Positions 31,231-43,348 are shown, counted from the stretch's first letter. The stretch: DNA of 64,000 bases from Vicinamibacterales bacterium (GCA_965197385.1 CBDANA010000007.1:1736-65735), one strand, 5' to 3'. The notes: generated from the sequence alone by a model not told the origin. Translations and numbers: made by a program.

Positions 31231-31956
31231 ATGTCAGCTGCTAAGAACCCCGGCCGGCGACCGATGCGTCTGGTGCTGCCGCCATCGGCGGCGCGGCAGC
31301 GCTTTCGGCGCCGTCTGCTCGCCTGGTATCGGCGTCACGGACGCGATCTGCCCTGGCGCCATACGCGCGATCCCTATTGCATCCTGGTGTCGGAGATCAT
31401 GCTGCAGCAGACGCAGGTGGACCGCGTCGCGCCGAAATACGAACAATGGGTCGAGAAGTATCCGACGCTGGACGCGCTGGCCAAGGCGCGGCCGCGCGAC
31501 CTCGTCCGGACGTGGTACCCCCTGGGCTACAACATCCGGCCACGGCGCTTGCACGCGATCGCGCGCGAGTCGGTCGCGCGATACGGCGGCGCGCTACCGG
31601 ACGACGAGGCGACGCTGCGTTCGTTCAAGGGCATCGGCGCCTATACGGCCGGCGCCATCCTCAGCTTCGCGTTCGGCCGGCGCGCCGCCATCCTCGACAC
31701 GAACGTCGCACGCGTGCTGCATCGGGTGTTCGTCGGAAAAGGGAACCAGCGCAGCCACGCCATGCAACGGCATCTCTGGAATGTGTCGGAAACGCTGCTG
31801 CCGCGGCGGCACGTATTCGACTACAACCAGGGCCTGATGGATTTCGGCGCAACGGTGTGCACCGCACGCAATCCGCGGTGCACGGGCTGCCCCCTGACCG
31901 CCATGTGCCGGGCCGGGCCGATGGATTCCTCCCGTTCACGTGGATCGACACGATGA
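31231..31956 (+). CDS. mutY: A/G-specific adenine glycosylase (catalytic domain only)
   Basis: VSEIMLQQTQV, HhH KGIGAYTA, LDTNVARV, 4Fe-4S cysteine motif. Confidence 0.9.
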   Translation: MSAAKNPGRRPMRLVLPPSAARQRFRRRLLAWYRRHGRDLPWRHTRDPYCILVSEIMLQQTQVDRVAPKYEQWVEKYPTLDALAKARPRDLVRTWYPLGYNIRPRRLHAIARESVARYGGALPDDEATLRSFKGIGAYTAGAILSFAFGRRAAILDTNVARVLHRVFVGKGNQRSHAMQRHLWNVSETLLPRRHVFDYNQGLMDFGATVCTARNPRCTGCPLTAMCRAGPMDSSRSRGSTR

Positions 31957-32345
31957 GCGAGCGCCTGATCGTCGTCGTCGCCGCTGTCGTGGAGCGGGAC
32001 GGGCGCTTTCTCGTGACCCAGCGGGCGCCCGGCACCCATCTCGGGGGCTACTGGGAATTTCCCGGCGGAAAATGCGAGTCCGGGGAGTCGCTGCACGATG
32101 CGCTACGACGCGAGATGGTCGAGGAGCTCGACGTCGCGATTGACATCGATGAGCTGCTGAACACCGTGGAGCATGCCTATCCGGACCGAACCGTCCGCCT
32201 GTACTTCTACCGCTGTCGTCTGAGGGGCAAGCTGTGGCCGAGGCAGGGGCAGGTCACCCAGTGGGTCATGCGCGCGGAACTGGCGTCGTTGGAGTTTCCG
32301 CCGGCCGATGCGGCGCTGATCGACAAACTCGCGGCGGGCGGCTAG
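31953..32345 (+). CDS. mutT: MutT-like NUDIX pyrophosphohydrolase
   Basis: WEFPGGK...LRREMVEEL; FPPAD. Confidence 0.85.
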   Translation: MSERLIVVVAAVVERDGRFLVTQRAPGTHLGGYWEFPGGKCESGESLHDALRREMVEELDVAIDIDELLNTVEHAYPDRTVRLYFYRCRLRGKLWPRQGQVTQWVMRAELASLEFPPADAALIDKLAAGG

Positions 32346-32575
32346 CCCTGACAAAGTGAGGCGAACCACTGGTCCCAAAATTAACGCCTCAGACGCCCGA
32401 CCCCGAAGGAACAGCGAGCCGCGGGTGGCGCCGGGCCGGGGGCCCCCCGCGGGCGCGGAGCCCCAGCGCTCTTTGCTAGCCTAGCGGGGTGCATGGGGTC
32501 CCCGCGCATGATCGAAGCCCACGCGTGGGGCCTCAGCCCGGTGACAGGACCCGCGGCGGTCTTGCAGGGGACGGT

Positions 32576-32605
32576 CAGCCCGTGGTGAAAGTCCGGCTGC
32601 ATTCG
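32576..32605. repeat. MITE end fragment
   Basis: cagcccgtggtgaaagtccggctgcat next to the ygfZ stop codon. Confidence 0.8.
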
Positions 32606-32606
32606 G

Positions 32607-33611
32607 CTAGAACGGCAGCGACGACACCTGCGCGGCGCACTTCTCCCCGGACACGTCCACCTGCACTTCGGTCCCCGCCGCCGTGCGCGCGCGCTGCACG
32701 TAGGCAAGTGCAATCGGCCGTACGAGCTTCGGCGACCTGACGGCGCTGGTCACCCGACCGACCTGCTCCGCGCCGTCGTAGACACGATCGCCCAACGACG
32801 CAACGTCCGCCTCAGGGCCGAAGATCAGGCCGACCAGCTTCCGGGCCACGCGGCCCTGGCCGCGGTGCAGGACCCTGATGATCACCTCCTGCCCCACGTA
32901 GCAGCCCTTGGTCTCGCTGATCGCTCTCGCTTCGATCCCCGCCTCGAGCGGAATCGTCTGCTCGTCCATGTCGATCCCGAACCGGGGCGTGCCCGCCTCG
33001 ACCCGAAGCAGCTCTGCCACCGCAGGCGGCACCGACACGAGCTGAGCCTCGGCTAGCCGGGCCCGGAGCATCTCGCGCTGCGCTTCGGCGATCCACAGGT
33101 CGAACCCGGGCACGCCGAGCTCGTCGTTGCGCGCGACGAGAACCGGCTCCCGCCGGCCGCAGTCGCGGTCGGCATAAGCCTCCAGTGACCCCGCCTCACC
33201 GTCCGGCCCGCCGGTCAGAACGGTTGCCAGCCGCGCCGCCGACCCGGGCCCGCGGACCCCGAACCGCCACCAGGCGGCCGACTCGTCGGCCACCCGAACG
33301 TCCTCGCTGAAGACCAGCATCGACAGCCGCTGCACCAAGGTCTCGGCCTGCGCGCGGTCCACGTCCAGCAGCATCCGGTCGCCGAACTCCAGAACGGTCA
33401 TGTCTGCGATCATGCGGCCCTGCGGGGTCAGGTACGCGGCGTAGCAGCCGGTGCCCGGGGTCAGCGCCTCGATATCGTTGGTCAGCAACCCCTGGAGGTA
33501 GGAGGCCCGATCGCCGCCAGACACGACGATCGTTCCGCGGTCGGCAAGCTCAAGGACCGCCGCCTCGTCATGAAGCTGTCGGTACTGTTGTGCGAGTGAC
33601 ATGTCGGACAT
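32607..33611 (-). CDS. ygfZ: YgfZ/GcvT-family folate-binding protein
   Basis: YLQGLLTND, KGCYVGQE. Confidence 0.92.
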   Translation of the reverse strand: MSDMSLAQQYRQLHDEAAVLELADRGTIVVSGGDRASYLQGLLTNDIEALTPGTGCYAAYLTPQGRMIADMTVLEFGDRMLLDVDRAQAETLVQRLSMLVFSEDVRVADESAAWWRFGVRGPGSAARLATVLTGGPDGEAGSLEAYADRDCGRREPVLVARNDELGVPGFDLWIAEAQREMLRARLAEAQLVSVPPAVAELLRVEAGTPRFGIDMDEQTIPLEAGIEARAISETKGCYVGQEVIIRVLHRGQGRVARKLVGLIFGPEADVASLGDRVYDGAEQVGRVTSAVRSPKLVRPIALAYVQRARTAAGTEVQVDVSGEKCAAQVSSLPF

Positions 33612-33656
33612 CTGAGCTGACCGGATTCACTGGGTGCAATGGTATGCTGGGCGGCG

Positions 33657-35345
33657 ATGCGCGCGTCGGCCTATTGTACCGTTGCCGTCCTGGCGACGAC
33701 AATTTGTTCTCCTACCGCCGCGACCCAGCCGGCGCCTCGCCCGACGCCGGGCGAATCCACGTTCAGCATCTTCGTGCAGCTGGCGCTGGTAGGCACCGAG
33801 CAGATTCGGGTCGAGGAATCGAACGCGGGCTGGACCATCAGCTCGACTGGCCGGGTGTCGGGTCCGCTCGACCTGGCGATTCGCCGGTTCGAGATGCGCT
33901 ACGACGACCAGTGGGTGCCGCAGGAGCTTTCGATCGACGCCGTGCTCTCGGGTGAGCTGTACAGCGTGCACACGATCTTCTCCGGCCTCCAGGCATCGAG
34001 CGAGATTCTGGAATCGGGTGAATCGCGCGAGAAAGTGGACGCGATCTCACCGGGGACAGTCGTGTTGCCGACGAACTTCTTCGCATCCTACGAAGCCCTG
34101 GCGATGCGGCTATCCACTTCGAGCCCGGGCACGGCGACCCCCGCCTACATCGCGCCACAGGCGGAAATCACGGTTCGCCTGAACCGATCGACGGAACAGC
34201 GGATCGCGACGACCGAGGGCACGATCGCGGCGCGCCGCCATCACGTGACCTTCCTCAACCGAGGCAACCCGTTCGACGCCGAGATCTGGTCGGACGACGG
34301 CCACCGCCTCCTGCGAATCAGCATGCCGACGATCGGCCTGGACATCGCGCGCCAGGACATCATTTCGCTGTCGGCGCGTCAGGAGACGGTGCGCAACGAG
34401 CGCGACGAGGACAACTTCGTCGCGGCGTCCGGCTTCAACCTGGCGGCGACAATCACGTTGCCAAAGCCACCGGGCGGGTCCGCGGACGGCGATGACGACG
34501 TCGAGTGGCCCGCCGTCATCCTCGTGCCGGGATCCGGCTCGATCGATCGCGACGAGACCCATTCGGACGTTCCGATCTACGGCAACCTGGCTGGCGGCCT
34601 GTCGGACGCCGGATTCCTCGTCGTCCGCTACGACAAGCGCGGCATCGGCCAAAGCGGCGGTCGGATCGAAAACGCGCGGCTGGACGAGTACGCGCAGGAC
34701 GTCCGGTCGGTGGTCCGATACCTTCGCGGCCGGGACGACGTGGACGATCGCCGGATCGCCGTCGTCGGATATGACGAGGGCAGCTGGATCGCGATGCTGG
34801 CCGCCTCGAAGGAGCGTCGCATCGCGGCGCTCGGTCTGCTGGCCGCACCGTCCACGCGGGGCTCCGAGTTCGTGCTCGAACAGCAGCGGCAGGCGCTCAT
34901 CCGGATGGAGATGAGCGACGCCGAAAAGCAGAGCAAGATCGAGTTGCAGCAACGGATTCACGAGGCGGTTCTGTCGGGCGATGGTTGGGACTTCATTCCA
35001 ATCGCGATGCACGAGCAAGCCGATACGCTCTGGTTCGAGAGCTACCTCGAATTCTGGCCGGCCGACCTCATCCAGGACCTCAGGCAGCCGATGATCGTCG
35101 TGCACGGCGGCCTGGACCGGCAGATCGTGCCAGGCCACGCCGACCGCCTGGCTGAAATGGGTCGATCGCGCGACCGGGAAGTCGCCACTGAACTGCTCCG
35201 CTTCGACGACCTGAACCATTTGCTCATTCCGGCCGTGACCGGAGAAGTCGATGAATACGAAGCCCTCGAGGAGCGAACGGTCAGCGCGGAGTTGATCGCG
35301 GCGCTCGGCCGGACGCTGCACGAACTGATGCCGTCCCGGCGTTAG
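33657..35345 (+). CDS. Secreted alpha/beta-fold hydrolase
   Basis: GSGSIDRD, RYDKRG, GYDEG at the nucleophile elbow, LNHLL. Confidence 0.8.
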   Translation: MRASAYCTVAVLATTICSPTAATQPAPRPTPGESTFSIFVQLALVGTEQIRVEESNAGWTISSTGRVSGPLDLAIRRFEMRYDDQWVPQELSIDAVLSGELYSVHTIFSGLQASSEILESGESREKVDAISPGTVVLPTNFFASYEALAMRLSTSSPGTATPAYIAPQAEITVRLNRSTEQRIATTEGTIAARRHHVTFLNRGNPFDAEIWSDDGHRLLRISMPTIGLDIARQDIISLSARQETVRNERDEDNFVAASGFNLAATITLPKPPGGSADGDDDVEWPAVILVPGSGSIDRDETHSDVPIYGNLAGGLSDAGFLVVRYDKRGIGQSGGRIENARLDEYAQDVRSVVRYLRGRDDVDDRRIAVVGYDEGSWIAMLAASKERRIAALGLLAAPSTRGSEFVLEQQRQALIRMEMSDAEKQSKIELQQRIHEAVLSGDGWDFIPIAMHEQADTLWFESYLEFWPADLIQDLRQPMIVVHGGLDRQIVPGHADRLAEMGRSRDREVATELLRFDDLNHLLIPAVTGEVDEYEALEERTVSAELIAALGRTLHELMPSRR

Positions 35346-35433
35346 CCGCTAGCAGCGCAGGGCGCCCCCCCACCGGCGAGATATAATCAGCGGTTGGAGT
35401 GAGTCACATTATCTTGCCAGAGACCCTGAAGTC

Positions 35434-36621
35434 ATGATCGTCGGAGTCCCGAAAGAATCGTTTGCTGGCGAACGGCGAGTCGCTATCGTCCCCTCAGTTC
35501 TCCCCTCCCTCACCAAAGCCGGCCTCGATGTCCTGATCGAACCCTCGGCGGGCAACAGCGCGGGGTTTCTCGACGCCGCGTTCACCGAGAAGGGCGCGCG
35601 CCTGGCCGCCGATCGGCAGCAGGTATTCACCGACGCCGACGTGCTGCTACAGGTGCGAACGCTCGGCGCGAACCCGGAAGCGGGACGCGAAGACCTCGAG
35701 CGGCTACGGCAGGGACAAACTGTCATCGGGTTCTCGGAGCCGCTGTCGTCGCTCGACGCGGCCAAGGACCTAGCCGGCTGCGGGGTCACGGCGTTCTCGC
35801 TCGAGCTGATGCCCCGCATCACGCGGGCGCAGAGCATGGATGTCCTGTCGTCGATGGCCACGGTGAGCGGCTACAAGGCGGTGCTGCTGGCCGCCGGCAC
35901 GGCACCGCGGATGTTTCCCATGCTCATGACCGCCGCCGGCACGATCAAGCCGGCACGCGTGCTCATCCTCGGCGCGGGCGTCGCCGGCCTGCAGGCGATC
36001 GCGACCGCCCGCCGGCTCGGCGCCAACGTCGAGGCGTACGACGTGCGGCCGGCGGTCAAGGAGCAGGTCGAGAGCCTCGGCGCCAAGTTCGTCGAGCTCG
36101 ACCTCGAGACCGAGAGCGCCGAGGACAAGGGGGGCTACGCCAAGGCACAGGACGACTCGTTCTACCGGCGCCAGCAGGAGGCTATGGCCAAGGTCGTCGC
36201 CGCCGCCAACGTCATCTTGACCACGGCGCTGGTCCCTGGCAAGAGGGCGCCGGTGCTCATCACCGAGGCCATGGTGAACGGCATGGAGTCCGGCTCGGTC
36301 ATCGTCGATCTGGCAGCCGAGCAGGGCGGCAACTGTGAGCTGACCAAGCCGGCGCGGACGACGGTGCACCATGGCGTCACGCTGCTCGGGCCGACCAACC
36401 TGCCGGCTAGCGTGCCGTACCACGCCAGCCAGATGTACGCGAAGAACATCACGACGTTTCTGCTCCACCTCGTCAAGGCGGGCCAGCTCACCCTCGACCT
36501 GGAGGATCAGATTACCCGCGACACGCTCGTGTCGCGCGACGGCGCGGTGGTGAACCCGAGAGTCTGTGAGCTTCTCGGTATACCCGCGCCGTCGGCAGAT
36601 AGCGAAAGGGCCGGTTCTTGA
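35434..36621 (+). CDS. pntAA: NAD(P) transhydrogenase alpha subunit part 1
   Basis: GERRVA, RAQSMDVLSS, GAGVAGLQA. Confidence 0.96.
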   Translation: MIVGVPKESFAGERRVAIVPSVLPSLTKAGLDVLIEPSAGNSAGFLDAAFTEKGARLAADRQQVFTDADVLLQVRTLGANPEAGREDLERLRQGQTVIGFSEPLSSLDAAKDLAGCGVTAFSLELMPRITRAQSMDVLSSMATVSGYKAVLLAAGTAPRMFPMLMTAAGTIKPARVLILGAGVAGLQAIATARRLGANVEAYDVRPAVKEQVESLGAKFVELDLETESAEDKGGYAKAQDDSFYRRQQEAMAKVVAAANVILTTALVPGKRAPVLITEAMVNGMESGSVIVDLAAEQGGNCELTKPARTTVHHGVTLLGPTNLPASVPYHASQMYAKNITTFLLHLVKAGQLTLDLEDQITRDTLVSRDGAVVNPRVCELLGIPAPSADSERAGS

Positions 36622-36899
36622 TGGACGCGTTCATCCCACTCCTCACCATCTTCATGCTCGCCATCTTCGTCGGCTTCGAGATCATCACCAAGGTACCGCC
36701 GCTGCTGCACACGCCGCTGATGTCCGGGTCGAACGCCATTTCCGGCATCACCATCATCGGCGCAATGATCGCCGCGGCGGCGCCCGCCTCGCTGACGACC
36801 GCACTCGGTTTCTGCGCGCTCGTGCTGGCCGCCACCAACGTGGTCGGGGGCTTTCTTGTGACCCACCGCATGCTCGCAATGTTCAAAAAGAAGGATTGA
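36621..36899 (+). CDS. pntAB: NAD(P) transhydrogenase alpha subunit part 2
   Basis: LHTPLMSGSNAISG, RMLAMF. Confidence 0.95.
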   Translation: MDAFIPLLTIFMLAIFVGFEIITKVPPLLHTPLMSGSNAISGITIIGAMIAAAAPASLTTALGFCALVLAATNVVGGFLVTHRMLAMFKKKD

Positions 36900-36903
36900 C
36901 TCT

Positions 36904-38301
<1,398 letters not shown>

Positions 38302-38327
38302 CTGCTAAGCTAAGCGAGCTTTATCGA

Positions 38328-38633
38328 ATGTGGATCCTGCGCACGGTCGAGACGGATGACGACGATGCGCTAACCTTTCGGATCCTACCGGAGAACATGA
38401 AGACCATTGGCCGCGCCCCCACGGCCGATTTCACCATCGACCGCGCGCTCGTCTCCCGCGTGCACTGCCGTCTTATCAACACGAGCGGCCGGCTCGAAGT
38501 CGAGGATCTCGACAGCACCAACGGCACGTTCGTCAACGATCAGCAGGTCAAACGCAAGGTCCTCGTCCCGGGCGACACGCTGCGCCTCGGCCGCGTCGAG
38601 TTGACGGTGTCGGAACAACCGGCAGGGAAGTGA
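38328..38633 (+). CDS. FHA domain protein
   Basis: IGR, VSRVHC, DLDSTNGTFVN. Confidence 0.92.
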   Translation: MWILRTVETDDDDALTFRILPENMKTIGRAPTADFTIDRALVSRVHCRLINTSGRLEVEDLDSTNGTFVNDQQVKRKVLVPGDTLRLGRVELTVSEQPAGK

Positions 38634-38652
38634 GCGAGTCTCGCGCCCACCT

Positions 38653-39300
38653 TCAGACCACTCCCATCAGAAACGGATTCGTCAGGCGCTCGTGGCCGAT
38701 CGTCGTCTTCGGCCCGTGGCCGGGGTAGACCTCTGCCTCGTCGCCGAACGGCAGCAGGACTTCCTTGATCGATCGGAGGAGCGTGGCGTGATCGCCGCCC
38801 GGCAGGTCGGTCCGGCCGATCGAACCGGCGAACAGCGTGTCGCCGACGAACAGCATGCGTCCTGCTTTGCCCGCTTCCCCCACCTGCAGGCACACGCCGC
38901 CCGGGCAGTGGCCCGGCGTGTGATGCACGATCGCCTCGTAATCGCCGAATCGCCACGGCCCCGGACCGTCGTAGAAATGGTCTACGGGCGGCGGCTCATC
39001 GACTTCGAGACCGAACAGCACGCCGTGCTGGGCCGCCTCCCTGTACAGAAAGAGATCGTCGCGATGCAGGCAGATCGGCGCGTCGAGCGCCGCCTTGGCC
39101 TTGGCGACGCCGGTGACATGATCGACGTGCGCGTGGGTCAGGAGGATGTAAGTGATTGACAGCTGCTCACGCTCGACGATCGAGAGCAGGTCCGGAACCT
39201 CATCGCCCGGATCGATGACAATCCCCTCTCGGGTCGTCTCACAGCCCAGGACGAAGCCGTTCTTGAAGAAAGGCGCGACGGCACGAACCTCCAGCAACAT
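38653..39300 (-). CDS. MBL-fold metallo-hydrolase (glyoxalase II-like)
   Basis: THAHVDH, TPGH, GDTLF, PGHG. Confidence 0.92.
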   Translation of the reverse strand: MLLEVRAVAPFFKNGFVLGCETTREGIVIDPGDEVPDLLSIVEREQLSITYILLTHAHVDHVTGVAKAKAALDAPICLHRDDLFLYREAAQHGVLFGLEVDEPPPVDHFYDGPGPWRFGDYEAIVHHTPGHCPGGVCLQVGEAGKAGRMLFVGDTLFAGSIGRTDLPGGDHATLLRSIKEVLLPFGDEAEVYPGHGPKTTIGHERLTNPFLMGVV

Positions 39301-39349
39301 GGATGACTCCTCTCGAATCGTCACGAGAGTATAGAATCGCCGCACGGTC

Positions 39350-40315
39350 ATGTCGATCACGCTGGAGGACGTCCTCAGGGCGCGCGAGCGCGTGGCGAGC
39401 TATGTGCGTCGAACCCCGCTGACCCATGCGCACTGGCTCTCCGACACGACCGGCGGCCGGATCTCGCTGAAGCTCGAGTCGCTACAGACGACCAATTCGT
39501 TCAAGCTGCGCGGCGCCGTGAATGCGATCGCCGCGCTCGTCGAGCGATCGAGCGGGACGCCACACGTCGTCACGGCGTCGGCCGGCAATCACGGCCGCGC
39601 GATGGCCTGGGCGGCAGAGCGGCTGGGAGGGCGGCTGACCGTCTTCACCGCACACGACGCCCCGCGCACGAAGCTCGATGCGATCAGACGTCACGGTGCC
39701 GACCTCAGGGACGCGGCGCCGACCTACGACGATGCGGAGCGGCTCGCGAAGGCGTTCGCCGAGGAGGCACCGGCCACGTTCATCTCCCCCTACAACCATC
39801 CGGATGTCATTGCCGGCGCGGGAACGCTGGGCCTGGAAATCCTCGAGGACGCACCGGAGACCGGCAGCGTCGTCGTTCCTGTTGGCGGCGGCGGCCTCCT
39901 GAGCGGCATCGCCATTGCCGTCAAGGCCAAGACTCCGAGTGTGCGCGTCATCGGCGTCGAGGTCGAAGCATCCCACCCCTTTTGCACGAGCCTGGCCGCA
40001 GGGCGGATTGCCAAGATCGAAGTGGGCGAGACGATTGCAGACGGCCTGAGCGGCAACCTGGACCCGGACACGATCACGTTCGAGATCATCCGCACCCTGG
40101 TGGACGACACCGTGCTGGTCAGCGAGGAGGGATTGCGACGCGGCATTCGCAGCCTGGTGGCCAACGAGCAGATCATCGCCGAGGGCGCGGGCATCGCAGC
40201 GGTCGCTACCTTGCTGGAAGGTCGAGTCGAGGACGACGGCGCGCCCACCGTCGCGATCGTGTCCGGCGCGAACATCGACTTCAACCGGTTGAAGGACATT
40301 CTCGCTGAGGAGTGA
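39350..40315 (+). CDS. Threonine/serine ammonia-lyase
   Basis: SFKLRGA, SAGNHG, PVGGGGL. Confidence 0.9.
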   Translation: MSITLEDVLRARERVASYVRRTPLTHAHWLSDTTGGRISLKLESLQTTNSFKLRGAVNAIAALVERSSGTPHVVTASAGNHGRAMAWAAERLGGRLTVFTAHDAPRTKLDAIRRHGADLRDAAPTYDDAERLAKAFAEEAPATFISPYNHPDVIAGAGTLGLEILEDAPETGSVVVPVGGGGLLSGIAIAVKAKTPSVRVIGVEVEASHPFCTSLAAGRIAKIEVGETIADGLSGNLDPDTITFEIIRTLVDDTVLVSEEGLRRGIRSLVANEQIIAEGAGIAAVATLLEGRVEDDGAPTVAIVSGANIDFNRLKDILAEE

Positions 40316-40376
40316 GGGCGCGACTCAGGCCGATGTCAGCGTCATCGGCCGCGGATCGGCCCGTGCGATCTTCTAG

Positions 40377-40404
40377 CAGCCCGTGGCGGAAGTCCCGCTG
40401 CATT
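40377..40404. repeat. MITE end fragment truncating the kinase gene
   Basis: CTAG followed by cagcccgtggcggaagtcccgctgcat. Confidence 0.8.
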
Positions 40405-41360
40405 CCCCCGGCGGCTACAGTGACAAGCGCCGCCACCACGGCGGGCCACCGCCGCCGCCTAGGCCGCCCGACCGGCCGGCGCCGCGCAGCCATCGTGGGC
40501 TCCCGGTCGCCTTCCCGGATATCGAGAATCGCGCCGACGCTGCGAAGCTCAGCGGCGAACGCGGCCGCGCTCTGATATCGCTCTGCTGCATCAGACGATA
40601 GCGCCCGCGCAACGATGCGGTCGAGCTCCTCGGGCACTTGGGAGTTGACCTGACTCGGCGGCACGGCCTTCGAGCCAGCGGCCCGCCGAAGTACGAGCTC
40701 GACCGAGTCACCCACGAACGGCAGCTGGCCGGTCAGCATCTCGTAGAGGACGACACCGAGCGAGAACAGCTCGGCCGTCGTGGTCGGCGCACCGTGGCCC
40801 ACCTGCTCCGGCGCCACGTAGGCCGCCGCGCGGCGGACCGACGCGTCACCGTCCGGCCGGCCGGTGCTGGCCCGACGCCGTAACTGCCCTCCCCGGGTCC
40901 AGTTCGCGAGCCCGAAGTCGAGCAGCTTGGCATGCTCGGTCGACGTGATCAGCATGGTGTCGGCCGTGATGTCGCCGTGCAGCTGGTCGCGGGCGTGGGC
41001 GTCGGCCAGGGCACTGGCCAGCTCGGCTCAGAAACTGATGGCGCGGCGAATCTTGAGCGGCTGTCCGGCGACGAGCGAGCGCAGCGGGACGCCCTTGACC
41101 CACTCGATGGCGAGGAAGACCGTTCCGGCCTCTTCGCCCACGTCATACAGGCTGGCAATGTTCGGATGCGACAGACCGCGCAGCCCACCGACCGCGTCGA
41201 TGAAATCCCGTTGTGCCGCCGCGGTCGGCACGAGGTCCGGTCGCACCACCTTGACGGCCGCCGTTCGGCCCTGCCTCGTATCGCGCGCCCGGTAAAGATC
41301 ACCGAGACCGCCGGTCTCGACATGCTCGAGCAGCGCGTAGTGCGCCAGGGCGTCGGCCAT
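40405..41360 (-). pseudogene. Ser/Thr protein kinase, frameshifted and truncated
   Basis: AAVKVV, HPNIA, HGDI, KLLDFGL, YVAPEQ; frame break near 41030. Confidence 0.8.
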
Positions 41361-41409
41361 GGATAATGGATGTTGGATGAGGAGGCGAGAGGTGATCCGC
41401 GCTATGGGA

Positions 41410-42141
41410 TTATTTCTTGTTCGGCTTCGACGGTCGCATCTCGACCCGGCTCGCCAACGTCCGGCGGTTCACGGAGACGATGTCCAGCACGACCTCGGCG
41501 ACGTCGTCGGCCGTCATTTTCCAGTCGGCGCCCGCGCTGGCACTACCGTCATCGAATGCTGTCGTGACCGATCCAGGCATCACGTAGCTGACACGAATAT
41601 CGTCGTACCGGACCTCCTGCATCAGCACTTCACTGAACATGTTCAACGCCGCCTTTGACGCGCAGTAGGCGCCGCCGGCGGTGAACGCATTCTTTACCGC
41701 AAGACTGCTGATATTAACAATGAACCCGCCGCCACGCCGACGCAAGTGCGGAATCGCCGCCCGGCAGCAATAGAACACGCCCGATAGATTGGTCTCGATG
41801 ATGCTGTGCCACTGCTCGAGCGACTGATCGGCGATCGGCGCGAAACCGCCGACCCCGGCATTGTTCACCAGGATGTCGAGGCCTCCGAACCGGTCGACCG
41901 TCTTGGCGACGAACGCCTGCACCTGGTCGTGGTCCCGCACGTCTACCGTCGCTCCATCGACCTCGCCGATGCTCCCGCCGCCCAGTGTCCGGACCGCTTC
42001 CTGCAGGCGCCCCACGTCCCGTGCGCCGATCATCACACGGGCGCCGCGTGCCAGGCAGGCCGCCGCTACGGCCCGGCCGATGCCGCTGGATCCGCCGGTG
42101 ACGATGACGACCTTGCCGTCCAGGTGAGCCGAATCATTCAT
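41410..42141 (-). CDS. SDR oxidoreductase
   Basis: TGGSSGIG, NNAG, YCASK. Confidence 0.93.
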   Translation of the reverse strand: MNDSAHLDGKVVIVTGGSSGIGRAVAAACLARGARVMIGARDVGRLQEAVRTLGGGSIGEVDGATVDVRDHDQVQAFVAKTVDRFGGLDILVNNAGVGGFAPIADQSLEQWHSIIETNLSGVFYCCRAAIPHLRRRGGGFIVNISSLAVKNAFTAGGAYCASKAALNMFSEVLMQEVRYDDIRVSYVMPGSVTTAFDDGSASAGADWKMTADDVAEVVLDIVSVNRRTLASRVEMRPSKPNKK

Positions 42142-42254
42142 CGCACGTATCCTTTCCGGAAAGAGATTCTACGGATCGCGGCGCCCGGCTAGCAAGAGGT
42201 CAACCACGCTAGAATAGCAGTCCGTGGTGGTGCGGCAAACCGATCGAAAGTCTG

Positions 42255-43121
42255 ATGTTCACGCCCCGCAACATGCCAACCGTAGCGATCATCGGCGCCG
42301 GTGACCTGGGCGGAACTCTCGCTTACACCCTGTGCATCCGCGACCGGATCACCGAGGTCCGCCTGGTGGACGAGAGGGCCGACCTGGCGGTCGGCAAGGC
42401 CCTGGACATCCAGCAGGCGGGCTCCGTCGAGCGATTCGACACCAAGCTCAGGACGAGCGGCGACCTGGCAATGGCGGTCGGTGCGAACGTCGTCGTCCTG
42501 GCCGACACGGCGGGAGCGCGGCCGACCGAGTGCACGGACGGGACGGGGCTGGCCCAGCTCCGGCGAGTCATCGAGCAGGATCGAGACGCGGTGGTCGTTT
42601 GCGCGGGCGCCGGGCAGCAGCCGCTGATCCAGCAGGCCATCCTCGACGGCTTCGTGGACCGACAGCGAATCGTGGGCTCGGCGCCCGCCGCGCTCGCCTC
42701 TGCGATCCGTGCGATCGTCGCGCTGGAGGCGGACTGTTCGCCGCGCGACGTGGCGCTGTCAGTGCTGGGACTGCCGCCCACAGTGGCGATCGTCACATGG
42801 GACAACGCGACGGTTGGCGCCGCGCCGCTCGCCGATGCGCTTTCGGCGCACGCGGTCGCGCGGATCAAGGCGCGGGTGGCCCACCTCTGGCCGCCCGGTC
42901 CGTATGCACTGGCGGCAGCGGCGAGCGGCGTCTGCGAGGCAATCGCCAGCGGCCATTCACGGCCCGCGTTCAGCTGCTTCTGCGGACTCGAGCGCCAGCC
43001 ATCCGACAAGGTGGTCGCGGTCCAGGTGCGGCTGGACGGCCAAGGCATCTGCGAAAGGCTCTCGCCGCCGCTGAGCCCACGCGAGCGCGTGGAGTTCGAC
43101 AGCGCGCTCGCCCAGGCTTAG
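42255..43121 (+). CDS. Malate/lactate dehydrogenase-fold protein, catalytically divergent
   Basis: IIGAGDLG, GKALDI; lacks the GxHG and RxPGxxR motifs. Confidence 0.7.
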   Translation: MFTPRNMPTVAIIGAGDLGGTLAYTLCIRDRITEVRLVDERADLAVGKALDIQQAGSVERFDTKLRTSGDLAMAVGANVVVLADTAGARPTECTDGTGLAQLRRVIEQDRDAVVVCAGAGQQPLIQQAILDGFVDRQRIVGSAPAALASAIRAIVALEADCSPRDVALSVLGLPPTVAIVTWDNATVGAAPLADALSAHAVARIKARVAHLWPPGPYALAAAASGVCEAIASGHSRPAFSCFCGLERQPSDKVVAVQVRLDGQGICERLSPPLSPRERVEFDSALAQA

Positions 43122-43190
43122 CAACGGTATACAGAAATGGCCGGCGCCCAGCGCCGGCCACGTGCGGTCAGTGAGGTGGCTAGCAGCTAG

Positions 43191-43348
43191 CAGCCCGTGG
43201 TAAAAGTCCCGCGTCGCACAGAGACCGTCGAGGCGCCCGCCTCGCAAGGCGCGAGGAGGAAGCATACCGGGAGTATTTGACCGACGAGCAACGCCGCGGG
43301 GCGGGATGTATCGACGGTCGGATGCAGCGGGACTTTCACCACGGGCTG
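43191..43348. mobile_element. Complete 158-bp MITE with CTAG TSD
   Basis: 22-bp TIRs (21/22 match); CTAG at 43187-43190 and 43349-43352. Confidence 0.9.
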
